A stretch of 27,949 bases of DNA from Thermoanaerobaculia bacterium (GCA_044226625.1 JBGAGQ010000078.1:1-27949); one strand, 5' to 3'; shown: positions 1-8,016, counted from the first letter of the stretch. A program made the numbers and translations. Notes: generated by a model from the sequence alone, not told the origin.

Positions 1-1242
1 GCCAGCGACGGCCGAGAGGTAGCGATCTGGCGCACCGACGGCACGTCGGGTGGGACCGAGCGCGTGTCGGGCTCGACCCCACCGAGATTTCCCTCCGCTC
101 CGACGCTCCTTCTCGCGCCTACCGCCACGGGAGCCGCCGTGCAGGCGGCCGACGGTTCGATCCGGCACGCCCGAGCAAAGACCGGCGGCGCGGATTTCCT
201 CTTCCGCCCCGAGGGGGAAAACCCGGAAGTGGTCGCGAGCTTCTCGCTCGGTGGCCGGGCGCTGTTCTTCCTCGCGGAGGGAGATTCGGCCCGAAAGCTC
301 CAGCTCTGGTCGGTCGACGGGCGGGCCGCGGGAACGAGACGGCTCGCCAAGATCGCGACTTTCGTTCCGAGCATCTCGTATTCGGTGAGGGTAGCAGCCG
401 ATCTGAACGGGCGTGGCGCGTACTTCCTGCCGCTCAACGCCCTCGAAGAGGAGAGCGATCTTCTCGACGGCCTGTGGAGGACCGACGGTACTTCGGCCGG
501 AACGCGGCGAGTGGTGGACCGGCCGTGCGCCCCCTGCACCGACGTCGTCCTCGGCGAGGCGATCGTCGGACCGCAGGGACGCTTCTACTACGTCGTGCGG
601 GATCGATTCGCTCGCTTCGATCAACTCTGGGTGAGCGACGGTACGACGGCCGGGACGAGGAAGATTCTAGAGATTCCGGGCTCGTTGGAAGGCGGGGGAG
701 AGGTCAGGTCGCTCGCCCGGTTCGGCGGTGCTCTGCTCTTTTCCGCGTTCGACCGCGAGCACGGACAAGAGCTTTGGCGAACCGACGGCACGGCCGAGGG
801 CACGCTTCGTCTCGCCGACATTCGCTCCGGGCCGGCGTCGTCGGCCCCGGCCGAGGTCACTGCGGTGGGCTCGTTGGCGTACTTCTCGGCGGACGATGAA
901 GAGGCTGGCCGCGAGCTCTGGGCGACCGACGGGACGCCGCGGGGAACCCGCCGGGTCGCCGACCTGCGGCCCGGAAGGCGCTCGTCCGCTCCACGCTTCC
1001 TCACCGCGATCGGCGCCCGTTTGGTATTCGCTGCCGACGACGGCCGCCACGGTCTGGAAGCCTGGTCGAGCGACGGCACGAAGGAGGGGACCGCCTTGTG
1101 GAGCGACATCGAGCCCGGCCGGCTGCCGTCGAGCCCGGAGGGCTTCGTCGCCCTCGGAAGCGACTTGCTGTTCGTCGCAGAGCGCAGGTCGACCGGGCGC
1201 GAGCTGTTCCGCTTGCCGCTTCCCCCGAGCGCTCCGCGCTAG
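1..1242 (+). CDS. ELWxxDGT-repeat beta-propeller protein, 5'-partial (frame open from base 1)
   Basis: Repeated IWRTDGT, LWRTDGT, LWVSDGT, ELWRTDGT, ELWATDGT and EAWSSDGT motifs; the frame of ORF 64..1242 continues to base 1 without a stop; TAG at 1240-1242. Confidence 0.92.
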   Translation, partial: ASDGREVAIWRTDGTSGGTERVSGSTPPRFPSAPTLLLAPTATGAAVQAADGSIRHARAKTGGADFLFRPEGENPEVVASFSLGGRALFFLAEGDSARKLQLWSVDGRAAGTRRLAKIATFVPSISYSVRVAADLNGRGAYFLPLNALEEESDLLDGLWRTDGTSAGTRRVVDRPCAPCTDVVLGEAIVGPQGRFYYVVRDRFARFDQLWVSDGTTAGTRKILEIPGSLEGGGEVRSLARFGGALLFSAFDREHGQELWRTDGTAEGTLRLADIRSGPASSAPAEVTAVGSLAYFSADDEEAGRELWATDGTPRGTRRVADLRPGRRSSAPRFLTAIGARLVFAADDGRHGLEAWSSDGTKEGTALWSDIEPGRLPSSPEGFVALGSDLLFVAERRSTGRELFRLPLPPSAPR

Positions 1243-1276
1243 CCCGTCTGACCCGGCGCCGCGGACCTTCCGCCCC

Positions 1277-1655
1277 GAGAATTCCACGCGACGCGAGAAA
1301 ACGAAATCCCAGCGCCGAGAACGCTTCGGGAGCTTCCCGCGCGATTCCTGATCCAGGAGAATGAATCCTGAGCCCGGGGAATCCATTTTTTAACGCCCAG
1401 AATCGTTTTTTATCTCCGGGAATCGTTTTTTAAGTCCAGGAATCGTTTTTCGACCTTGAAAATCGATTCTCCAGCTTGAAAATCGATTCCCGGACTTAAA
1501 AATTGATTCCTGGAGCTGAGAATTCATTCCGCCGGATGAAAATCCAAAAATTAGTCTCGAAAAACGATTCCTGGACTTAAAAAACGATTCCTGGAGTTAA
1601 AATTTCGTTCTCCGGGTTAAAAAAACGATTCTCCGGCTTCGCGCGGGATTCTCCA
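1277..1655. repeat. Degenerate tandem array of ~20-bp units with A/T tracts and a 35-bp perfect inverted repeat
   Basis: Units start every 20 nt (1401 aatcgttttttatctccggg, 1421 aatcgttttttaagtccagg, 1461 aatcgattctccagcttgaa, 1561 aaaacgattcctggacttaa and others); 1419-1453 is the exact reverse complement of 1557-1591. Confidence 0.9.
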
Positions 1656-1663
1656 GCCTCGAC

Positions 1664-1945
1664 TGGCAGGGTTGTTGAGGCGCCCGGCTGCCGAAATGGC
1701 CCGGAAGATCCGACTCACGCTCGATGGAGGAGCCCTCTACAAGGGACTGCCGCACGGTCCAGGGTGAGCGCCAGACCCGCTCCCGGCAGATCGATCACGG
1801 CGACCCGGCGGGGAGACACCGGCGAGTCGATCGAGGGGGAATCTGCTTCGATCCTCTGTCGGCCGAAGATCTCGGCCGAGAGGGGGCGGATGGCTCTCGG
1901 TCGGTTCTCGTGGTTCGGGGGGGCACTATCAGGCTAGCCCCTATT
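1664..1945 (+). mobile_element. Degenerate, internally deleted (MITE-like) copy of the HUH/Y1 transposase element
   Basis: 1685-1761 aligns with the transposase start region 2730-2808 (atggcccggaagatccga...gatgg.ggagccctct...tgccgcacggtcca); 1853-1945 aligns with the element 3' end at 3839-3932. Confidence 0.8.
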
Positions 1946-1993
1946 TCGGCCGGTCGGTCGGCGAGGCGAGGCAGCGTGGTGGAAACCCTGGAG

Positions 1994-1999
1994 TACAAT
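1994..1999 (+). promoter_or_regulatory. Possible -10 box (TACAAT) for a leaderless transcript of the PIN gene
   Basis: TACAAT lies 6 nt before ATG 2006 and no Shine-Dalgarno is visible. Confidence 0.4.
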
Positions 2000-2005
2000 T
2001 CAACG

Positions 2006-2232
2006 ATGGCCGTTCTCGTGTATCTGGAAACGTCGGCCATCAGCTACTAGACGGCTCGACGGCCACTCAGCGCGTTTCGTATCTCCTGACTTGGAATTCG
2101 GATCATTTCGCCAACGCTGAGAGGCGTTCGCTCGTCGAGTCCGCATGTCGCGCCGCCGGCTTCGAGCCGCCGATTCTCTGTACACCCGACGAACTCATGG
2201 GAGAGGAGCTCTCGTATGTCGATGCCCCTTGA
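2006..2232 (+). pseudogene. PIN-domain (VapC-like) toxin pseudogene
   Basis: MAVLVYLETSAISY*TAR, then in another frame YLLTWNSDHFANAE...ACRAAGFEPPILCTPDELMGEE. These are the N- and C-terminal motifs of a PIN family, with an in-frame TAG (2048-2050), a frameshift and the middle deleted. Confidence 0.8.
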
Positions 2233-2425
2233 AGAGTTGGAGACTCCTTGGATCGATCCCCTCGTGGCCGAGGTCCATGCCGCCCGCGAGCGAATCGTCG
2301 ATGCCGTCGGCGGGGATCTCCACGCGTTGTGTGAGCAACTTCGAGCGCGGGAGGCTGCGGCCGGGAGGATTCCGGTGCGACATCCCCCACGGTTGCCCGA
2401 TCCTGCCTCGCGTCACGCGGCGTGA
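2216..2425 (+). CDS. Small protein typically found downstream of this PIN family (putative antitoxin/partner)
   Basis: DPLVAEVHAARE...GGDLHALCEQLRARE pattern; overlaps the PIN 3' end; GAGGAG RBS upstream. Confidence 0.65.
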   Translation: MSMPLEELETPWIDPLVAEVHAARERIVDAVGGDLHALCEQLRAREAAAGRIPVRHPPRLPDPASRHAA

Positions 2426-2708
2426 CGCGGCTGCAACTCACCGGCTGCCCGTTCGAGATCTGTCGCAGACCCCCCGAAGCAGGTGCCACTCGAATCCGCA
2501 AGAACCCGCGGCACCAGGTTCCCGCAAAAGACTGCGCGCCTGTCCAGAAACTTTGACATCTTGGGAATCCACCAGCGCATTCCTCGGAATTTGCTCGGGC
2601 TACCCCGGTGCCCCCGCAAGGTCCTTTGCGGGGTCGAGCCTCCGCCGAAAATCACGGCTCGGCTCTCAAGCCGCACGGTTTGTGTAGTTTAGGGCGCCGC
2701 ACCCCGCG

Positions 2709-3932
2709 TGGCGTGCCGTTTGAAACGTCCGGCTGTCGTAATGGCCCGGAAGATCCGATTCACGCCCGATGGGGGAGCCCTCTTCGAGGTGACCTGCCGC
2801 ACGGTCCACAGCCGATTCCTCCTGCGGCCTGGGCCGCTGCTCAACGAGATCATCTTCGGCGCTCTGGGCCGAGCGCAGCGCCTCTATCCGCTCAAAATTT
2901 GCGCATTTGCCTTTGCCTCGAACCACTTTCACCTTCTCGCGCGGGCCGAGGACAGCGAAAGCCTGGCTCGCTTCATGGGCTACTTCAACTCCAAGTTCGC
3001 TCGCGAGGTGGCGAGGTCGACCGGCTGGCGAGACAAGGTCTTCGCTCGCCGCTATCAGGCGATCCCTGTTAGCGACCAAGAAGAAGACCAGGTCGGGCGG
3101 CTGGACTACATCCTTTCTCATGGCTGCAAAGAGAACTTGGTCGCCCGCCCTCAGGACTGGCCAGGGGTTCACTGCGTCACCGCTCTGCTTACCGGCGAGC
3201 CGATCGAAGGGACCTGGTTCGATCGCACGAAGGAATGGGAGGCGCGCCAGCGCGGGGAAGAGTTCGGCGCTCGCCAATTCGCGGAAATCGAGGTCGTCCA
3301 TCTCTCGCCATTGCCCTGCTGGGGGCATCTGTCGCCCGAGCAGTACCGCGAGCGGATCGCCGAGTTGGTGGGAGCGATCACCGCTCAAGCCGCAGCGAAG
3401 CGAGCGGCGACTGGAATCGAGCCTCTCGGCGTGGTTGAGATCCTCCGGCAGCAGCCCTTCTCCCAGCCAGCCAAGACAAAGAAATCACCCGCACCGCTCG
3501 TCCACGCGGCCAGCAAACGGGTTCGGACCGAGATGAAGATCGCCTACCGCTGGTTTGTGAAGGCTTTCCGAGAAGCGGCGGAGTGTTTGCGGGCCGGTGA
3601 TCGGCTGGCTCGATTTCCGCGGGGGAGCTTTCCTCCCGGTTTGCCGTTTGTTCGAGCGGGTTGGTTGGCGATCAGCCCGGTGACGTAAGGACCGCCCGCC
3701 GGTCATTGCGAAGGAAGCCCGCCCGAAGCTTCAACCGGTTGCCCTGCCGGTCGAAGATCGATGCTCCGAAGTTGAGGCGTGACGTCTCCTGAAGACCCCG
3801 CGCCCTACCATTCCCGGCGAAAAGAAGACCGCAATGCGCTCTGTCGGCCCAAGATGTCGGCCAAGAGCGGCCATCTGGCTCTCGGTCGCCTCCCGCGGTT
3901 CGGCGTCGGTCCCTATTCGGGTGGCACCTAAT
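2709..3932 (+). mobile_element. HUH transposase element with intact gene and ~240-nt conserved 3' non-coding end (true left end not defined)
   Basis: The 3' region 3689-3932 recurs at 4017-4260 and 6012-6255; terminal motif ATTCGGGTGGCACCTAAT at 3915-3932. Confidence 0.75.
2741..3688 (+). CDS. HUH-family Y1 tyrosine transposase (IS200/RAYT-like) with long C-terminal extension
   Basis: MARKIR...FEVTCRT start, HUH motif SNHFHLL, VFARRY, catalytic helix DYILSH, LVARPQDWPG; start taken at ATG 2741, which is conserved in the degenerate copy at 1696. Confidence 0.88.
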   Translation: MARKIRFTPDGGALFEVTCRTVHSRFLLRPGPLLNEIIFGALGRAQRLYPLKICAFAFASNHFHLLARAEDSESLARFMGYFNSKFAREVARSTGWRDKVFARRYQAIPVSDQEEDQVGRLDYILSHGCKENLVARPQDWPGVHCVTALLTGEPIEGTWFDRTKEWEARQRGEEFGARQFAEIEVVHLSPLPCWGHLSPEQYRERIAELVGAITAQAAAKRAATGIEPLGVVEILRQQPFSQPAKTKKSPAPLVHAASKRVRTEMKIAYRWFVKAFREAAECLRAGDRLARFPRGSFPPGLPFVRAGWLAISPVT

Positions 3933-4260
3933 CGGGCTCGATTTCCGCGGGGGAGTTTTCCTCCCGGTTTGCCGTTTGTTCGAGCGGGCTGGTTGGCGAT
4001 CAGCCCGGCGACGTAAGCACCGCCCGAAGGTCATTGCGAAGGAAGCCCGCCCGAAGCTTCAACCGGTTGCCCTGCCGGTCGACGATCGATGCTCCGAAGT
4101 TGAGGCGTGACGTCTCCTGAAGGCCGCGTGCCCTTCCATTCCTGTCGAATAGGTGACCGTAAGGCGCTCTTCATGCTGAAGATTTCGGCCGAGAATGGTC
4201 GTCGAGCTGTCGGTCGTCCTACTTGGCTCGGTGGGGGTCTCTATTAGTCTGGCACCGATA
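3931..4260 (+). mobile_element. 5'-truncated copy: last ~27 transposase codons plus 3' non-coding end
   Basis: Near-identical to ~3607-3794 up to ~4120, then diverged but alignable; ends ATTAGTCTGGCACCGATA (4243-4260). Confidence 0.85.
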
Positions 4261-4267
4261 CCAGGTC

Positions 4268-4379
4268 GGTACCCCGCCTGCGTGGTCGAGAAGCGCTCCT
4301 GCCGGATCACCTTGCCCTGCCGCGAATTCTCACACAGCTCGCTGGTGCGCGCATGGATATCGATGCCACAATGTCTCAC
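4268..4379 (-). pseudogene. IS110-family transposase N-terminal fragment
   Basis: GTG start at 4379 after AAAGGAGA; reads RHCGIDIHARTSELC...QGKVIRQERFSTTQAGY, the GID motif of the IS110 DEDD domain; homology ends next to the HUH element end. Confidence 0.78.
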
Positions 4380-4500
4380 GGTCGGTCTCCTTTCGGCGGC
4401 GGACGCCGCTCTTGGTCCCAACCGAAAGGCTACGCCCTCCGGCAGGGGACCGACCGACTCATCTCATCTGGCAGCTATTCGGACTCGCACGTGGAATTTC
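4380..4500 (-). ncRNA. Candidate IS110 non-coding end (bridge/seek-type RNA)
   Basis: The minus strand can fold as a long interrupted hairpin GGTCGGTC...GACCGACC with inner GGGCG/CGTCC and GGT/ACC pairings directly upstream of the IS110 start. Confidence 0.45.
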
Positions 4501-4680
4501 ATTCCTAAGGCCGTCTAATAGATCGAGATAGGTACACTAGGTATCGAACCTATGGCTGGCCAGCGCGAACCCTCTCTCGGGTCCGTCGCATAGAAACGTA
4601 GAGTCCAGCCACGTTCGGTTTGGGGCAGTGCTCTCAAAGCGAGCGCAGTTTAACGAGATATGTATCCGCAAGGAGGAACC

Positions 4681-4995
4681 ATGGAAGATTTTGAGTTAGT
4701 CAACAAGATTGAAAATGTTGAATTGGAGCCAGAAGGGCATCCGCCAGTTCATTACCATATCAAAGTGACCGGCTCGGTGCTGAAAGCCGGCTACATCGCA
4801 CCGTTGCTTATCATCAAGAGCATGAAACCAGACGGCAATGGTAGGTTGACCTACTATTTTGCTGCCCGGCCCCCTGAGGGAGGCAACCCGGTGACCCCCG
4901 TCCTGATTGAAGCCGAGCGCTATCTCTTCGAGCTACAAGGAGTGAAGAAGCTCATCTTCGTCTCGGCCACCAACGAGATGGAGAGAACCCTATAG
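4681..4995 (+). CDS. Hypothetical protein, 104 aa, AT-richer cargo
   Basis: AAGGAGG RBS before ATG 4681; protein-like composition; no family recognised. Confidence 0.75.
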   Translation: MEDFELVNKIENVELEPEGHPPVHYHIKVTGSVLKAGYIAPLLIIKSMKPDGNGRLTYYFAARPPEGGNPVTPVLIEAERYLFELQGVKKLIFVSATNEMERTL

Positions 4996-5069
4996 CAAGG
5001 GGCTCGCCGACTCGGCCGAGAGCGGTTGTTCTGACTCCCGTTCGGCCGCAACGGGACAGTCCTGCGCTT

Positions 5070-5343
5070 CGGGGCGCTTTCCGGAGGTAGGCCGTCGGGG
5101 CCAGCGAAGGCCGGCTCCGACGCGGACCGTAAAACGGCCGGCATTGAGTTTCGACAAACGCATCAAATCCCTGCTGCCGGAGCAACCGATTCAGCGCCTC
5201 GTAGAACGGCTCCTCGGTCCTTTGCTGACTCAATCCACGTCGAGCCAGATCGGTCGCTGCTTCTCGCCTCGGTGACCCATTGCCATGGCCAATTCTCTCG
5301 CAGAACTCATGCCGCGAGAAGCCGATTTTCACCACGGGCTGTT
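5070..5343 (-). pseudogene. IS1182/IS5-like (DUF772) transposase 5' remnant with probable terminal sequence
   Basis: ATG 5286 MAMGHRGEKQRPIWLDVD* then a shift to PFYEALNRLLRQQGFDAFVETQCRPFY...RPSLAPTAYLR; AACAGCCCGTGGTGAAAATC upstream resembles an IS end. Confidence 0.72.
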
Positions 5344-5448
5344 CTGAAAATCCAGGTTCGGCAGCCTCCCTCTAGTCGGTGAGGGCCACTTCGAAGTCCA
5401 GTCGTTCGAGACTCTTCTGAAGACAGCGCCGGATGGCCTCTCGGCCCC

Positions 5449-6011
5449 GCAAAGAGAACCTGGTCGCCCGCCCTCAGGACTGGCCAGGGGCTCACTGCGT
5501 GACCGCTCCGCTGACCGGCGAGCCGATCGAAGGGACCTGGTTCGATCGTACGAAGGAATGGGAGGCGCGCCAGCGCGGGGAAGAGTTCGGCACTCACCAG
5601 TTCGCGGATACCGAGGTCGTCCATCTCTCGCCCTTGCCTTGCTGGGAGCATCTGTCGCCCGAGCAGTACCGCGAGCGGATCGCCGAGTTGGTGGGAGCGA
5701 TCATCGCTCAAGCCGCCGCGAAGCGAGCGGCGACGGGAATCGAGCCTCTCGGCGTGGTTGAGATCCTCCGGCAGCAGCCCTTCTCCCAGCCAGCCAAGAC
5801 CAAGAAGTCACCCGCACCGCTCGTCCACGCGGCCAGCAAACGGGTTCGGACCGAGATGAAGATCGCCTACCGCTGGTTTGTGAAGGCTTTCCGAGAAGCG
5901 GCGGAGTGTTTGCGGGCCGGTGATCGGCTGACTCGATTTCCGCGGGGGAGCTTTCCTCCCGGTTTGCCGTTTGTTCGAGCGGGTGGGTTGGCGATCAGCC
6001 CGGCGACGTAA
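5449..6011 (+). pseudogene. 3' part of the HUH transposase (lacks HUH motif and catalytic Tyr)
   Basis: Highly similar to 3126-3688 from KENLVARPQDWPG to the stop. Confidence 0.9.
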
Positions 6012-6255
6012 GCACCGCCCGAAGGTCATTGCGAAGGAAGCCCGCCCGAAGCTTCAACCGGCTGCCCTGCCGGTCGACGATTGATGCTCCGAAGTTGAGG
6101 CGTGACGTCTCCTGAAGACCCCACGCCCTACCATTCCAGCCGAAAAGAGGACTGCAATGCGCTCTGTCGGCCCAAGGTGTCGGCCAAAGGCGCCCCTTTG
6201 GCTCTCGGTCGCTCCCCGCGGTTCGGCGTCAGTCCCAATTCGGGTGGCACCTATT
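5449..6255 (+). mobile_element. 5'-truncated copy of the HUH element with intact 3' end
   Basis: 6012-6255 matches 3689-3932; ends ATTCGGGTGGCACCTATT (6238-6255). Confidence 0.85.
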
Positions 6256-6466
6256 CCGTACCGCACCTATTCCGGTCAGCTCCGATGCCGAAACCAGTTG
6301 ACTCTTTTCCAAGACATGCGTACGCTTTCATTCAAAGACTTGTGGCTAAAGGCGTTCGTCAAGTTTTCTTGAGGTACCTCCTGATCAACTGGTCTAGCGC
6401 GCCCCACGCCGTTATGGGGTCAGTGAAAAGGGAACCTATGCAACAGCCCGTGGGCGGGGAGCCCTA

Positions 6467-7372
6467 ATGAACGAAGGATTTTGGAAGTTGCTTGGGGCTG
6501 CGTCAGCAACGCTGTCCGGACTATCGTTTTTGACTGCCACATTTTACTATAATCGAACTAAATTAGACAGCGAGGTCGCGCTACAGGGTAAGTTCATCTT
6601 CATCCCGTCCCTTGCACTTTCAAGGTTCGGTTTGGCGTGGACGATGCTGCTTGTACCACTTGTTACGGCAGTGGCTGTGATTTCCACGAGACCTTTGTGG
6701 ATAGTTTGGGCACCGATTGGCCTAGCACTGGGGGCAGTGTGGGTAGCCATTCGCGCATGGAATGCGCCTGGGACGACTCATTTTGAGAGATTCCTTATTG
6801 GGATCAGCGCGACACTTGTCTCTGTTAATCCGATCTATTTGTTTGACGGCTTCATTCGAGAGAGTACTCGACTCAGTTCGATATCAGAGGTTCATGTGGT
6901 AGCCTGCCTTCTAGGCGGATTACTGTGGGTACCATTGAGCCTTAATTGGCTCGATAAAAGGAGATGCTTCATTCGACCTCGGCACGACATTACGTCGGAA
7001 CTTTTGATTTCTATGACAGCTGTCCGAATCGCTTGGAGACTTGCGCGCGAGCAGTATGAAAAAGCGGTCGCATTTAGCCCAGATCTCATTCAGAGGCACG
7101 GCAAGTCAAAGGTGGTAGAGCGCCTTGAAATAGTAACACTTCGGAATCAGGAATTCGAGAAGAGGGTTGCGAACTTAGGGCGGCGTATTGATCTAATCTT
7201 GCAAAGCGCAGTCAAGAAAAGAATATTCAGCCAAGATGAGTTAACTTTCCTACTCTCCGAACGCGCCGATCTGCCCAAAGAACTTGAAAATTTTGCCGAA
7301 GATATTCAAGAATACCTCGATCATCTGGAGAATGTAGGTTCTATCGCTGGCTCTAGTCAGAGAAAGAGTTAA
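6467..7372 (+). CDS. Membrane protein (about 5 hydrophobic segments) with charged helical/coiled-coil C-terminal domain
   Basis: Hydrophobic stretches in the first ~160 aa, E/K/R/L-rich tail; GGGGAG RBS. Confidence 0.8.
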   Translation: MNEGFWKLLGAASATLSGLSFLTATFYYNRTKLDSEVALQGKFIFIPSLALSRFGLAWTMLLVPLVTAVAVISTRPLWIVWAPIGLALGAVWVAIRAWNAPGTTHFERFLIGISATLVSVNPIYLFDGFIRESTRLSSISEVHVVACLLGGLLWVPLSLNWLDKRRCFIRPRHDITSELLISMTAVRIAWRLAREQYEKAVAFSPDLIQRHGKSKVVERLEIVTLRNQEFEKRVANLGRRIDLILQSAVKKRIFSQDELTFLLSERADLPKELENFAEDIQEYLDHLENVGSIAGSSQRKS

Positions 7373-7374
7373 AG

Positions 7375-8007
7375 ATGCGCACCTACCCTCCAATCCCACT
7401 GGTAGGTGAGCTATGTCAGCACGGGTCGATCGCTCTAAGTTGGCCTGATCCTTCGGAATTTGATCGGATCACAGAGTTGCGAAACCGTAGCGAGATTCGA
7501 CGTTGGTTCCTCGACGATCGAGCTATCGATGAGGAACGTAACCGCCTCTGGCTGACAGACGGCATGTGTCGTCCTCAGGAGGCACTACTTTCGATCCGCT
7601 GGAAAGGGGAATTCTTTCTCGGAATAGTAGGATGGACGAATTGGGATCCGACAGAAAGAACCGCGTCTTTCGGACGTTTGGCACTTGATCGTCATGCCTT
7701 GGCAGATTTACTGACCAAAGGCGATTTTAAATCATTCCGAGAATTTGGCATCGCCGTCGAAGCTACTTGCGTACTTCGTGACTTTGCTTTCCAAAGCATG
7801 AACCTTGCTCGCCTAAACACATATTACATTCAAGGAAACGCCCTTGCTGCAAGGGTCAACAAGTTGGTTGGCATGGTCGAATGCAGCACGAGGAAAAGGC
7901 TACGTCTTGATGGTTCCGAACTCTCGACCGTTGAGTTGAGCTTAGATTATCCACGCTGGAGGCATTTAGTTAGCCAATCTAGGCCCGCTGGAGAAGGAAA
8001 GGTTTGA
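7375..8007 (+). CDS. GNAT N-acetyltransferase (RimJ/RimL/PseH-like)
   Basis: LRNRSEIRRWF, FLGIVGW, FGRL, DFAFQSMNLARL...GNALAARVNKLVG. Confidence 0.85.
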   Translation: MRTYPPIPLVGELCQHGSIALSWPDPSEFDRITELRNRSEIRRWFLDDRAIDEERNRLWLTDGMCRPQEALLSIRWKGEFFLGIVGWTNWDPTERTASFGRLALDRHALADLLTKGDFKSFREFGIAVEATCVLRDFAFQSMNLARLNTYYIQGNALAARVNKLVGMVECSTRKRLRLDGSELSTVELSLDYPRWRHLVSQSRPAGEGKV

Positions 8008-8016
8008 GATGAAACA

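Noticed and set aside
1277-1655. CRISPR array
   Set aside because: The period is only ~20 nt, with no constant repeat plus unique spacer structure and no cas genes in the window
2612-2633. Hairpin CCCCGCAA-N6-TTGCGGGG as the element's left-end structure
   Set aside because: Present upstream of only one copy, so it cannot be distinguished from a chance GC-rich hairpin
3607-4016. Diversity-generating retroelement VR/TR pair (gene 3' end duplicated downstream)
   Set aside because: The few differences are C/T changes in both directions, the duplication extends far into non-coding DNA, and there is no reverse transcriptase; a truncated element copy explains it
5332-6453. AACAGCCCGTGG at 6442 matching the IS1182-like end at ~5332-5343 in inverted orientation
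   Set aside because: Only 12 bp, the two point away from each other, and I found no partner end at the far side of the island
6102-6467. 121-aa ORF overlapping the island's first start codon (TAATG)
   Set aside because: Its first half is the element's non-coding tail and no motif is recognisable; a truncated upstream gene or short leader (ATG 6438) cannot be excluded but is unsupported
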